Assembly (NCBI RefSeq): GCF_018350175.1
Contig: NC_058368.1
Coordinates: 211,112,001 to 211,176,000, forward strand
Reading direction: 5' to 3'
Origin: Felis catus
Taxonomy: Eukaryota
DNA: 64,000 nt
A model generated the notes under the pieces. It saw only the letters and a list, made by a program, of their open reading frames with translations. It was not told the origin of the DNA and did not search any database. Below, one piece after another: positions 11,860-25,462 of this stretch. Made by a program: the position numbers and the translations under genes. Position 1 is the first letter of the stretch. The number at the start of each line of letters is the position of its first letter.

Positions 11860-12628
11860 TATTTTCAAAATTTGGATGCTTTATTATACAGAGATAATTT
11901 ACATCGAATGAAATACAAAGACCTCAAGCATACCCTAAGTTAGATCAGTTTGCCAAACTCATATATCTGAGTAACTCACATCCGTATCAAGATATTGAAC
12001 ATTCCCATCACAGAATTTCCTCATGCCACTTCCCAAGTAATCCCAATACCAGATGCAACCACTGATCTGATTTCTATCACCTTAGATTGGTTTTGCTTGT
12101 TCTGAGTATCATATTATACATATTACATATTATATAACATATGCAATATTATGTATAATACTTCTTTTACGTATTTTTTGAGATTTATCCATGTTGTTGC
12201 TGGTGTCAGTAATTCATTTCACTTATTGCTGAATAGTATTCTATTCTATGAATACCTTATGATTTGTTTATTGATCTTCCTATTTGTGGATACCTGGGCT
12301 ATATCCAGTTTGGTGCTATTATGAATAAAGCTGCTAGTAACATTCTTGTTAGGTTTGTTGTGGACATATTTTTTCTTTTTTTCTTTTCTTTTCTGTTTTC
12401 TTTTTTTTTTTTTTTTTAATTCTGTAGGAGTAGAGTTTTGAGGTCAAAGACTGGGAATGTATTTAACTGTTAAGAAACTGACAACAGTTTTCCAAAGTGG
12501 TTGTGCCATTTTACATCCCTGCCAGCAGTTTATGAGTTTCAGTTGCTCTGTATCCCTGGTGACATTTAGTGTTGTCACTCTTTCATTTTAGCCCTGCTGT
12601 TGGGTGTGTGGTGCTGTCTCACTGTGAT
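11860..12628 (-). mobile_element. Old L1M (L1MD/ME-like) 3' end
   Basis: gagataatttacatcgaatgaaatac, gagatttatccatgttgttgc, attatgaataaagctgct, ttccaaagtggttgtgccattttacatccc. Confidence 0.85.
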
Positions 12629-15600
12629 CATTGGTCTCTCTTTCAAGAGTATAAATTAGCCCTAATTTGATTCTGTGCCCCACTTGATGTATCTACTATC
12701 TTGTATCTCATTTATTCCTTTAAAGGAGTACAATGTAGGGCTTCTATATTTTAGGGAGTGTCTGATTCTGTGTCCTAACATGTCAGTTTTGCCTCTTCCT
12801 GCCTTCAGTGGACTTATTAGTACTATTATTAATACTACCCATTTTTTGGTTTCCCTGCAATCCTCCTCATCTTACCCAGCCTTTTATCTCATAACAGCTA
12901 CCTGTCTGCTTTCACAGGGTCTTTTTTTCTACATCAATTGAGAATGAGAAATCGTTTTCTAAAATTGTTTCTGAGATGATGCTTCAGTTTCCTTGCTATG
13001 TACTTTATCCACTGTCTGTGCTATTTATTTTTCATGCTTACTCATCCAGGAATGAAAGCCGATCCACTTAGACCCAATATTTGTGAACACATAGAATGTG
13101 CAGTGTGTTCTGGGACCTGCTCAGTTTGTACCAGGCTATAAGTTTTCTGGTTCACAGCCGGAGGGCAGAATGACATGTCCTAGTTCAATATCAGCTTCTA
13201 ACAGGAATGCTGCTAATGTAGTTTTGTGTATAGAGATAAGATCTCTTCCCCCACCGCCTATTCTCCTACTCTCAAAACAGGAAACACAAAAAAGGCATCT
13301 TTGAGATCTCTTTCTTCCAGGACTCTTCCTTCCTTCTCCCTGTAGTCTTTATTTGTTGGATACGTGTTCTAAGATATCCAGTGCCTGGTCTTGTAAAATC
13401 CAAATTCGCTGTCTGAAGGTTGAAACTTTCATATGGATATAGAAAGGATGCCCTGCTGTGTTGAAGATGGCTTTAGTAGGAGGGTAGCAGAACAGTTTTC
13501 AGGAAAAGAGTGAACTATCTTCTTATCTTCTTTGAAGCCAACAGTTTGGTTTTGTTTTCAGCAGCAAATCATATGTTTGTTGGCAGTCGTGATTCACTTT
13601 TCACTGCCATGGGTCATGTTAGTCCCGACATTTCCTCCAGGTTTCTGACTATGGACTGACTGCAGGTCTTGGGTTTTTTTTATATAGTCTAGATTTTTCC
13701 TTCTCCCTTTCCCTCCTCCACCCCCTGTCTTTATAAGGAGTCAAAAATAGGTACTTCTTTCCAGAAACGTAATAAATGTCTTAAGTCCTTTTCAGTTGTA
13801 AGATGTTATCCTTCTATACACTTCCTCCATGAATCTTGGCTAAATTCTTCACTTATTCAAGTTCAAGTTTGTATGAACGACTACATGTTTCTCTATTTTA
13901 CATACATAGATAAATTCAAATACATGATGAACTCTCTATTAGTCTTTAGCATTTTGAAGTGCTATCTCACCAAGAAAACCCTTTTACAGGTGACCAAATG
14001 TCCTAGGGGAGAAGAGTGGCAGAAATCTAATTCATCATATTTTTTTACTTCCTTAAAATGGTGATTAAGTGTATGCCTTGAAAGATACATCATTATCATC
14101 TCTGAGTGGCATCTGAATTCAAGTCAACTAACTTTTACTGAGATCTTGTGGTGTATCAGGAACCATACTAGAAAGTAGATATATAGAGTTAGGTAAGACG
14201 TGGTCTGTCGCATTGGGGAATTCAAGGTCTTCCTGCTACCTCTACCATTGTCACGTGCAGGACTAGTAAGTCCAGTCTTTGGGGTTTTTGATGTCACTCA
14301 TATTGTTTAAAAATCTTTTGACTCTCATACAAATATATATTTTTTTCTCTTAGGAGTATATTCTTTCTATCAGGAAAGCTTTGACCCTGGAATAATACCG
14401 CATTATTCCCTGGGAGTAGTAAGATTGGTGAGGTGAGAGTCTTTGAAGAATGACACCAAATAGCACAGAAACTAAGACTGAGGTTTCAGCAGACCTCACA
14501 GGGCGTCTTGTAGGTACCCTTTGCTGTGTACAATGAAAATCCCAAACTCTGCTCCTTCGGGAAATAAGCCTGTCCTAGCCATAACATTCAAAACATAGCT
14601 GAACATTCATTCTATCATCATATGTAAGTGTGTATTATATACTCTAAGCCCAGTATACTTTTCCATGCAGAGGTAAAACAACAAAGTTAAATTACAATCT
14701 TCTTCTGAAAGAAAACTTTCACACAATTAGCCTTGGAAATATATTCTCTAAAGTACCATGAAAACATTGTCCCATGAAACAGTGTTTCTAAGAAACACAT
14801 ATCCCTGCCTTTGATTTTTCTTGTCACCACCAATAAAAATAAGAGCCGTGTTGTCTTCTTCATGACCCTCAAAAAAAAAAAATCTTGACATTCTCAATCT
14901 TGACTTGCAACACCAACGATACCAAACAAAGATAAAGGTTGGAAGGGAAAAATATCAACTACCTGCCCAAAATATTTACTATAGCAATTCTGAGCTTTTG
15001 ATAAAGACTCAAACTTCCCATGTATGTCCACTAGATGAAAAAAAGGAGTTTTGTTATTAGGAAACCATATTTAAGAAAGAAGTTGGTCCCACTAACACTT
15101 TACTTACACCATGTGAATTATTGGTCTCTTTTACACAGATGTTTAACAAGTTCTTAGCAAAGCTGTGTTAGACTAACGCAGAGCCCCATCAAATCTGTAC
15201 TAACAGTCACTGGAACATCATTTAGTAGATTTCTGCTCTCTTTTATGCCATGAGTGGTGGACACTACTTCAGACCACAAATGGGCAGAACGGTGTTATAT
15301 CCAAAGTTTTGGCGTAACAGTATGCTGTCTTCCTCCTTGTGATGATTCAAGACACAACATAATGATTCTGGTTATGGTAGGAGCTCAAGAAATCATGGCT
15401 CATCATTTCTTTTCCTCCGGTGGGTCTTGCTGGTTACTCAGCAGAATGTCCTGCTGAGCAAGGCATCTTTTGTGGCCACTGTCACCTCTGGCATAACCAC
15501 ATGTTTGATATCTAAAAGATATCTTTAACCATATTTTGCCAGGAATCCAACTTCTATAGCACGAGAGTCCATTCAGTTTTCTACTACCTATATAAAAGGA

Positions 15601-16008
15601 CAGCTCAATCTTTCTGAAAGGACTGTTCTCAAACAAGGGAGCATTTAAGACAACATGTCAACAAGATGGCCTGGTAATTGATGCCCCTTTCACATCTAGA
15701 TAAAATGTGTGGTTGGCTCAGATCCTCTTTTCTTCCCAGTGCCCTTTGGGAGCAGGATCTACTAAGGGCACAGTTGACAATGAGAAGCCATCAGTGATTT
15801 ATAATATGTTCGAGAACAAGACCAGGAATGGGGCCATTATGCAGCCTCCCCTATTTATTTGATTGTCAGAGGATAGATGCTCCCTTAACAAAGGAATCTC
15901 CACTGACATTTTCAGAGAGACATAAAATAATTGGCACTTGAATGTTTTTTTCAGTCTTTCACAAGAGTATGGGAATGATCTAAAGCTATATTGTATTCAT
16001 GTCATGTC

Positions 16009-16201
16009 TTTTTTTTTAACTTTATGTACTTATTTTGAGAGAGAGAAAGAAAGCACAAGTTGATGGAGAGGGAGAGAGAGAATCCCAAGCAGGCTATCAG
16101 CACAGAGCCCGACACAGGGCTCAATCTCACAAATGTGACATCATGACCTGAGCCGTGATTAAGAGTCAGACACTTAACTGACTGAGCCACACAGGCGCCC
16201 C
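16009..16201 (-). mobile_element. Can-SINE
   Basis: Reverse-complement head ending caggcgcccc; TSD tcatgtcat(g/c)tctt at about 15997 and 16202. Confidence 0.93.
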
Positions 16202-16324
16202 TCATGTCATCTCTTTTGTTAGTATATCTTATATTATTAGTTTACTTTCAAACAGATGGCCTCACATATTTTTCTAAAGTAGAAAGAAGTCATGTTATGA
16301 TCATTCTTAAGAGAATTGCCTAAA

Positions 16325-16730
16325 ATACATTCATTTAATCTCTCAACCATTTTCAAACTGCTGTTGCCTGCCCACCATGCATTTAATACACTATGTGAGG
16401 CACCAGTATGAAAAGGTGATCATTTTCTATCCTCAAGAAACACACAGTCTAGTGGAGGAGAGAACTGTAGTATAGTCATGGAAGGACCGGGGACAGTTAC
16501 TGAACAAGCAGAAAGAGAGTAGGAGGAGATTCTATAGAGGAAACAGCATACACAAGCTTACAGCAAGTCACATGTCCCTGACATTTGGGACAGTTGCAGG
16601 TCAGCAGATGGGCAGAGCACACAGGAAGAAGTAGAAAGAGACAGGAAGTGTGGCTGAGAAAAGTAGGTTGGGTCAGACTGTAAAGAGCTTTGAATACGGT
16701 GCTAAGTGCTTTCATCTGTGATTCAGGGGA
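16325..16730 (-). mobile_element. L2 fragments
   Basis: cattcatttaatc..., cctcaagaaacacacagtctagtggagg, gtaggttgggtcagactgtaaagagctttgaat. Confidence 0.55.
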
Positions 16731-16897
16731 GTCACAGTTAGTAGAAGACTTGAAGTCCAGTCTCTTGATTCATAGTCATGGTTTTCTCTGCTAGATTACA
16801 CTCGCCCCTCCAAACTCAAATGAACACCATGCTGGATTTGACCAGAGATTGTTTAATGGAAATATGTAAACTACCTCTTAAAAGTAATCAGTAAATT

Positions 16898-17030
16898 CTC
16901 TTATTATTATCTCCATCTTATAGATGAGGAAACTGAAGCATAAAGAGTTAAGTAACTTGTCCAAGGTCATACAACTAGTTAGGTGATTGCAGGCAATCTG
17001 GCTTCACAGTCTTTAGTCTTAACTACAACA
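16898..17030 (-). mobile_element. MIR
   Basis: attatctccatcttatagatgaggaaactgaagcataaagagttaagtaacttgtccaaggtcatac is the classic antisense MIR core. Confidence 0.9.
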
Positions 17031-17771
17031 CGTACCTCTTTTGATCTGCAGATCTTTATGCATTTGTGTGTTCTACTGATGTTAGCATTGGCAAGTAAGG
17101 GCTCCCTTCCAGAATAGAATTGATATCTGGCCAAGTTTGAGACTGAAAGGATGAATGTCTATAACACAGGTTGGGATCAGGGAATGAAAGATACCCCCTA
17201 GTCATGTCTCCAAATATCTTTTTCTTTACCCTTTCCTGACTATTTGAAGAAACCAGGCATCTGGGACTGGGCAGCCTCATCCTGTGAAAAGACAGAGAAA
17301 TACTAGAAGGATCTTAAAAGGATATTAACAGATTTGATGAGACCTCTGAAATACTACAAATACTGCAATTGTGTTTACTGCCCAAGACTTTGAAAGTTAA
17401 GGCCTGAAAATCTGAGAGAGAGATTTTGTGCCTGATGAGTATTGGTTGTTTGCTTTTGTTTAAATATTCATGGAGATACTGGCAAAGAAATTGGAATGTA
17501 AGCAGGAAAGACAGGCCCTATAAGTGTTTCTCTTTATGCAATGATATTAATAACATCCAAACAGGCCTTAGGGCTGTCTTCTTAGAGCTGTACTTACCAA
17601 AGGAGCAAGCTATCATTTTCCTTGGAAGCCTGAATGTTAAATATACTTTTACAACATGATTCAAATATTGTGGTTTTAAAAGTCATCTATTATGTTTTGA
17701 ATATCTATAGCTCTTCAATACCTTATTAGGAATTAGTCTAACAATGTAAAGAAAAGCTTTTAATTAACTGT

Positions 17772-18313
17772 TGTAGGACTTTCTCAACTTACAGTGGGGT
17801 CATGTCCTGGTAATCCCACATAAGTTGAAAACATTATAAGTTGAAAATGCATTTAATACACGTGACCTACCAAATATTGTAGCTGAGGCTAGTCTACCTT
17901 AAACATGCTCGGAACACTTGCATCAGCCTATAGTTGGGCCACATCATCTAACACAAAGCCTATTTTATAATAAAGTGTTGACTCTCTCATGTAATGTACT
18001 GAACACTGTACTGAAAGAGAAAAACAGCATGATCGTATGGGGACAGACTGGTTGTGAGCATGCTGGTTGTTTCCCCTCGTGATGGTGTGGCTGACTGGGA
18101 GCTGCAACTCCTCGCCACTGCCCAGCATTACTAGAGCTTCTAGTAATATGTGATATGTGCTATGTGATATGTGGGCTACCACATATCACTAGCCTGGAAA
18201 TAGATCAAAATTCAAAAGTCAAAGTACGGTTTCTACTAAATGCATATGGCTTTTGTACCACCTTAAAGTCAGAAAATCGTAAGTCAACGCATCATTAAGT
18301 TGGAGACCATCTG
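17772..18313 (+). mobile_element. TcMar-Tigger non-autonomous element (MER47/Tigger5-like)
   Basis: Termini tctcaacttac... / ...taagttggagaccatctg are inverted; internal aatgcatttaatacac, ctaccttaaacatgctc, aacacaaagcctattttataataaagtgttg. Confidence 0.8.
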
Positions 18314-20231
18314 CAACAACTATGAGAAGTAGTGATCTCCATTTCCCCAGAAGTGTTTGAGCAGAGATTGAATACCTATTGGAGGTTGGTGCTAAGAAGG
18401 AATAAGAGTATGATGTCTGAGGCTGGAATAGAATGGTCTCTGAAGGTTCCTTCAGCTCTAACATTTTATGAAATAATTTTCAAGCATTGGCCTGCACAAA
18501 TACCTTAGCATTCCATTTTGTCATACTCACCTGTTCCATATGGAAAAGGATATTCAGTCCACTTTTTGACAGTAGCTGAATCTTCATGTTCATTTTTATA
18601 TCTCTGAAATTTTAGTATATGTTGAGCATAGAGATAGACATTATATATCTATATATTATATTAAAGATATAGATATATACATATAGATATATAGATTTAC
18701 ATATCTTTGTGTGTATGTATATGGAGAATACGTTTAATGGCATTTCATTAATCTTCTGACCGTGTTTACAAGGTAGAACACGAGTGGTATCTCTATGATT
18801 ATATTATAGGTGAAAAAACTGGGGCCCAGGATTTTCCCACATCCTCCAGCCTCTGATGCTTATTTGGAAATAGCCCTTTGAATAGAGTCCTTTATTTTAT
18901 GTGTGGATATTTTGTTCAGTTTTAATTACAATGAAAGCTCCTTAAGGAGAGGGACCGTAGGAAATTTAGGTAACTTTCTATGGATTTTTTCTTTTGTTAC
19001 CCTAGAATGCATTGTTCTTCATCTAAGATTTCTCCTCCTTACACATGGCTAATATTTAAGAAGCACATATTAAATTGAGTTGTCATACTAACTCTTGCCC
19101 AATCTCAGGTCAGAGCACAAGGAGACTGTGCACAACTTGTATCTGATGAGGTATCTACAAGTAAAAGCATCCTGACAACAGGGCAAATTTCAGATAACAT
19201 GATGCTCCTAGTATCAAACAAGATAAATGTGCAAGGATGACTAAACAGGACTTCCCTCCATAAGTCAGCTCCTGCCTGAGTCAAATGATACATTTCTCAG
19301 AAGCATTTGCAAAACTGGATCCAGCTCTTGATGCCTTAGGGATCTGTATAAAGCCAAGATAACCACCAGATGAAAAGAATTGGTTTGTTTTCCTGTTGTG
19401 ATGTTGAGAGGCAGTGATAATGGTTTGGCTAGACCCTACTGGAAAGTACAAAAAAAAAAAAAAAAAGATTCAAAGTCCTCTACTTGGAAATGTATAAGAA
19501 ATCTCACTCAAGGATCAACTGCATATTTTTACAAGGTCATGGTTTTGCAAGAGACTGGGCCATGTTTTCCCAACTCAATGATTTCACTAAGAACTACGTG
19601 TCTTCTTAGAACTGCTAACATTTCTGAGGCATCTTGGTAGACACTAAGTCAAGTGAGCCCACTCCCCAGGGCCAGTCTGTGTTCGAAGCAAACACAGGCC
19701 TTATCTCTTGCCATAAAGAGTCATTTGCAATACTCATCAGTCATTCTCCAGCTTTTAACTTAGGTAAGCACAGATCAGCGTCAGCTGTTTTTCCCTTTCT
19801 CTATTGAAATGCCCTCAAAACACTGACCTATGCCAACTCTGTGAAAATGCCACCTTTGTTTTTCTTGTCCAGCTTTATTGTCACTTCCTTCCCTTCATCT
19901 TATCCCCTTGCTCCAAAGCACTGCTTGGTTGGTGTATGTCACTCTCATTATGGATTCTTAAGATGGGACCAGGAGAGTGAGCAATTGACCTTACGTGTCT
20001 GTTTGATGCAACTGCCCTGTGTCATAGAAATGGATCTCAGTTTTTAACCACTGTCATGAGATAGAAGGTTCTTCAGCAGCATACTTCATTGTCAAAATGT
20101 GGGAGAAGATGTAGAGAAGGTTTCCAGTAGATGGATTTCTGCTTACTCACTCCTACATATCGCGTAGCCTCTTGCAGAGTGTTTCCAGGGATTTGGTTTT
20201 CATTCCATTCTCATAGAAATTCCAGGAAGTA

Positions 20232-20900
20232 TAGATTATCAGTCTCATTTTTCAGAGATGAAGAGAGCAAGGCAAAATGGTGAAGTGGCATGCCCATGGC
20301 CACGTGGCTGAGAAGCAGCCAGGCCAGGTCTTGGACATAGGTCTTCTGACACGTGTCATGTCCGGGGCTCCTTTTTTCTTCTCCATGACTGCCTTCCCAC
20401 TTTCATGGAAAGAATCAAAGCCCGGATGGATAAATAACAACAATAGTAAAGTGAATGATTGGCTTTTTTGCATTTGCTGTGTGCTAGATACCGTACTCAT
20501 AATTTTAGATACATTATTGCATCTAGCCTTCATAGGGTAGATGAAGACTATCATTATTATCCCCACTTAAAGAAAGAACTGGGCTTCAGATAGCACAAGC
20601 AACTTGTTCAAAGTTGCCCTGGTTGATAGAGACAGAATCCATGCCCAGTTTTTGAACCATGGAATTTGCTAGTTCCATAAAGCTAAAATTTTAGGGGGGA
20701 AAAGGCACGACCTTGTGAACAGAATCCTGAGCAAGAAGGATAGAAGATCTGAGTCTGAGTTCCAGCTCTGACTCTGTTCATCTGATGATTCTTCAGTTTG
20801 TTTGCTTCTTATTATAAAATGGGACTGGTACTATTTGGCCTGATATCTCGCAGAGGAGGTCCAGTCAGGCCAGATATGCCTAGGGTCTCTCTAAGCTGGA
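20232..20900. mobile_element. Cluster of three MIR fragments (two minus, one plus)
   Basis: ctcatttttcagagatgaagag; attatccccacttaaagaaagaactgggc; cttcagtttgtttgcttcttattataaaatgggact. Confidence 0.65.
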
Positions 20901-21374
20901 GAGCACCATTCCCAGGCAAGGTATCATTCTTAGTGTTAGAATGAGGTCAGTAGCCCTGGTAACCTGACAGCTCATAGCACTGCCAGAAAGCCTGGGCTCT
21001 GCTCTTAGTCCCCTATTCCCTCCACAGCTGTCAGATCAGCTTGGTTAAGAAGACTTTCATTCTTAGAGAATGTGTCCATGAGAGTATCTCCATTTATATT
21101 TATAAAAACTTATTAAGTGAAATTAAGCTGCCCTCTACCAAGGGTATGTTTTTGAGCACTCTTCCCCTGGCTTTGGGGCAAAACAATTGTCAGTCAACAA
21201 ACTAGATACCGTCACTGCCCTGAAGGTGTTTGTATTCTGAGAATGACTAACAACCTTCTGTCACTCTACAAAACTGAGAGTAAGGCTTTCAGAGGGAAGG
21301 TTCTAGGGCAGCTTGTGACCAAAGCCAAGACAGAATTGAATTGCTCTTGTGTCCAAGCTTATTGACCATCATGA

Positions 21375-21495
21375 GAGCGGCCATTTACCAATTGCCTTCT
21401 ATGAGACGGGTGCGTTAAGTATATTATTTCTCCTGATGGCCCCGTGAAGTACTTCTGTCCCCATTTTGTAGAGGAACAAAGTGAGGCTCAGGGAG
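21375..21495 (-). mobile_element. MIR fragment
   Basis: tccccattttgtagaggaacaaagtgaggctcag. Confidence 0.7.
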
Positions 21496-22940
21496 AAATA
21501 TTCCCAGAGCTAGAAAGTTTTATACTGGTCTTCCTGGAGCGCCATCCATCCCCTTTTGCCTAAACAACTAGCCAGTTTCAAAGTGCCACCCATCCTCCAG
21601 GCCAGCCACTCCTTCCTGCCAGTCATCAACACTACTCAGGGCTTAGAGGACCATGCTGGCAGGAAAGGAACCTTGCATTTTCTAAAACGCACACCCCCAC
21701 GTTGGGTTGGGTCTGGACTATGACCACTGACTTCCCCTCCCCCACCACCATCCCTACTTTTTTAGAGGGGAATTTATCAAAGCCTCTGTTTTTCTTGTAT
21801 TCATTCAGTCCTGGCTCTCTATTTAGTTGTGATGATAGATATAATATTTTTAGAAATCTTGATGCCTTGAAATACAAATTTAGAATTTATGGGGATTGAG
21901 GAAACTACAAAATGTAGTGGGAATTGAAATATACAAAATACTGACTTTCAGTGTCATTTACAGATCTATGATCACCTTGTTTTGGAATATCAAGACAATA
22001 ACAATTACATTGCTCATGTAATAAGAAGATTTTATTTAAAGAATTATAAAGGACAAAATGTAAAGGGGGGATAATATATTTGAACAACTTGGGTTTTTTT
22101 TTCAATTTTCAAGCTTTGAATGAAAGTTTTTTTAGAAAGCGTTAAAAATTCTCCTATATTTCAGTCTCTTTAAGGTAAGCTTATAGCTATAAATGATGCC
22201 TCAAGAACCCTTCTATCATTATGTGAATCACAGGAAATTGGTGGACAGTTTTACTCCTAGTCCTGTAGTACCAAAGAATAGATCACAGCTCTTCCTTTCA
22301 GAAAATCACATTTTCATCCAGATGCGTTATCTGCCTCACAGTCATAACTACTTTCACATCTGGGAGATCTTAAACTGAAAATGTCCACAAATCACACAGC
22401 CTGGCAGGGTAGGGGCAATCAGGAATAAGGGGATCCACACTGAATTCTGTCTCTTGGTTGATCTTGCATTTCTTCTATAGCATTTCTTTACATTTAAGAA
22501 AAGCCCAATTGTCTTATGAACCGTATGAGCCTCTGTAATCTTTTGGTGAGGTTGGGGGACTTACAGCCACATTTCTATGCATTTTCCCTTGTTTTCAGGC
22601 TTCGAGGAAAAGAAACCCTGTTCAGACACTGGAGCTTCCTACCGAGGGACTCCGCTTTCTCTGTGGCCAGCTCTAGAGAACCAGAAATCCAGCCTGTCGG
22701 GGACAACCAACATCACAGGAAGAAGACACATAATCAGCTCCTTTGAGCCTTGTTGTTATTGTGGTGGTGGTTGTTATTTAGGATAAAATTCAAGGGGGAC
22801 AGATCAGCTGGCTGCAGGGAAAGTTTTGTGTTTCTTGGCTTAAGCAGATCATTGGGCTAACAGGTTACCTGTAGAGAGAGTCTGCAGTTCATTGGGGACA
22901 CCACTGTCAGAGCTGTGGTAAACACAGTCTAAGTGACTAA

Positions 22941-23150
22941 TTTTTAAAAATTTTTTAAAATATTTATATTTGAGAGAGAGAGAAAACGCAGGGGAAGGAG
23001 AGAGAGAGAGGGAGACAACAGAATCCGAAGCAGGCTCCAGGCTCTGAGCTGTCAGCACAGAGACTGATGCGGAGCTCGAACTCATGAGCCATGAGATCAT
23101 GACCTGAGCGGAAGTGGGATGTTTAACCGACTGTGCCACCCAGGCCCCCC
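22941..23150 (-). mobile_element. Can-SINE
   Basis: gaatccgaagcaggctccaggctctgagctgtcagc body; degenerate TSD (aagtgactaattt / aaatgactgattt). Confidence 0.93.
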
Positions 23151-24666
23151 CAAATGACTGATTTCATAACCTAAGCCAGGTAGGTGTTACATGCTTTTTG
23201 GTGGCAGAGAAGGAGTGAAGAAAGAACAAAGACCAAATGGTGGAATTTAGTAATTAAAAACAAAGCAGGAAACAAACCGACAAAATTTCTTTCAACAGCC
23301 AACATATTTTCCTGTTTAGGGAACTGTCGTTTCCTACTTTAACCACAAATAACAAATAATAACATAAATTAAGAATAGATGGCCAGTCTTCTCAATAGGG
23401 GCAGGGAAATTAGACCCAGGAATTCATGAGCTTGTCTTTGGGGAAAGGAGGGAGGCAAAGAGAAGATGGAAATGCCACTGTCCATTCTCTGAAATCGAGA
23501 GACTTCTGTAAGCTTCCAGCAGAAACACACCTTTTGTCTGATGCCAAGGAGACCCACAAGAGCTTACCAACTTTGCAGCTTCACTGGGGACTCCATAGAG
23601 TCAGGGCATGATATAATAGTGTTCTGTTTGTGTACTTTGACAGGTGTAAGGCAACTTTACGAAGTTCATACTCTGCTAGGGCTGGGGACCAGCACAATGT
23701 GGGCAGGAAAAGAGAATCCCTCTGCGGGACAAGGTTTTCTCAACCCTCTGGCTCTCAGAAGGGCCCTGAGATGTCTACAGTAGGCGTATCAAATCTGTCA
23801 GCACCGTTGACAAATTCCTGAAGTGCATCTGTCTGTGCTCCATCCTCGAGAGAGCCGAAGGACGTTGCAAGAGGGATTGAAGGGCTGGCTAGAGAAACAG
23901 TCCCATGTGCATCTACAGTATGACACCCAGGAATGCACCACCCATGTGAGCGCAGGTACGAGCGGCTGGTTTGCCCTCTTGCCAGAACGGGCGTTGCTCC
24001 TTTGGTTGCCCGTCCCGTCCTCATGCTGTTGTGTGCCCAGGGAGCATCCCCAGGGGCCTGTGCAGATCCAAGTTGGCAAATTCAAGTGGTAAGGAACCCC
24101 TGAACCTTGCCAAGTTAATCAAGGATGTGTGTTCAGAGCAGCACTTACTGGTGACAGAGGCTTCCTGAAAGGGGTGAGTCTCGGCCTAGCCGGAGAGTGC
24201 CGTCTCAGGTACAGTGCCAAGTTAGTGCACTGGTTTACCTCTAGTCCACACCCACATTTACTCCTTCTAGCTCCTTCTCTCCGGCCTCAAGACTGAATGT
24301 GTATGATGAGAGGATTGGCAGTCCTGGTCACAAGGGATAGACAGAAGCTGAGCTGAGGGGTGGTGGCACAGGTGCACACTCAGGAAGAGCTTAATCATTC
24401 ATTCAACTGGGCTCTAACCGCGTCTTCAGTCCCAGATTTGAGCCAGGAGGGAGCCTACCCACAGCGAAGCCCAGCAGTTGGGGAAGCAACCAGAGGAAGA
24501 AGAGTTCACCTTCTGGCTGAGTAGCGTTCAAAGACAGAAAAGAAAAAAGCAAAAAATGATTATAGCTTTAAGCACTTGCACTGCACCTGTGAGTCCCTCC
24601 AAGGTCCTAGAGCAGAGCACGCAGGGAGAGCTGGCCTCTCCCTCTTCCTTTCTCGTGTGTGACTTT

Positions 24667-24980
24667 CTTCTTTAAATTTATTCATTTTTTTAATCTTTTT
24701 TTTAATATGAAATTTATTGCCAAATTGGTTTCCATACAACAGCCAGTGCTCATCCCAACAGGTGCCCTCCTCAATAAATGTATTCATTTTTGAGAGAGGG
24801 ACAGACAGACAGAGCATGAGTGGGGGAAGGGCAGAGAGCAAAGGAGACATAGAATCCAAAGCAGGTTCCAGGCTCTGAGCTGTCAGCACAGAGCCCGACG
24901 TGGGGCTTGAATTCACAAACCATGAGATCATGACCTGAGCCAAAGTCAGACACTCAACCAACTGAGCCACCCAGGTGCCC
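24667..24980 (-). mobile_element. Can-SINE whose tail is interrupted by a short L1 3' end
   Basis: TSD c(g/a)tgtgtgacttt at 24654-24666 and 24981-24993. Confidence 0.92.
24690..24774 (-). mobile_element. About 85-bp 5'-truncated felid L1 3' end
   Basis: atatgaaatttattgccaaattggtttccatacaacagccagtgctcatcccaacaggtgccctcctcaa, similar to the L1 3' end at 31650-31780; TSD taaat(t/g)tattcattttt at 24673-24689 and 24775-24791. Confidence 0.88.
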
Positions 24981-25402
24981 CATGTGTGACTTTGTATTTC
25001 TCCTCATGACTGAAGTTCTTGGCAAATTGATTTACCTTGGATAAGAAAAGTTGGGGTCAGAAGAAGGTGGCTCCCAAGGACCCACACGTCCTTGCTCCTG
25101 AGACCCATTCCCGGGAGAAGTCTAGATTGGCCTCCACTTAGTCTGCTTGCAAACAACTGAAGTAAGTATCCCGCCAGTGGATTTGGGCTGCTACCCAGGC
25201 TCCCAGGCGGGAGAGGTCCATATCCCCCTCCTGTGCAGCAGTCCTCACGCAGTAGCCCCCGGGGAGTGAGGAAGTTTATTTCAACAGGAACAATTCTCTT
25301 GATGACACAAGTCCTGTGAGCTGAGGTTTGTTCTGCTTTTGCTCATTGGGGGTCCCAATTTACCCCCTGCTCTTTATCCACTTTCCTTCTAACCCCCTAG
25401 CG

Positions 25403-25462
25403 GATAGTATTGCCATCTCCACAGATAGTATCGCTGTCTCCACAGATAGTATGGCTCTTTCC
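25403..25462. repeat. 21-bp tandem repeat, about 3 degenerate units
   Basis: gatagtat at 25403, 25424 and 25445 (unit gatagtattgccatctccaca). Confidence 0.9.

Noticed and set aside
23541..24168. Cluster of ORFs with mild CpG enrichment
   Set aside because: Too short and sparse for a CpG island, the peptides are unrecognisable, and there are no convincing paired splice sites.
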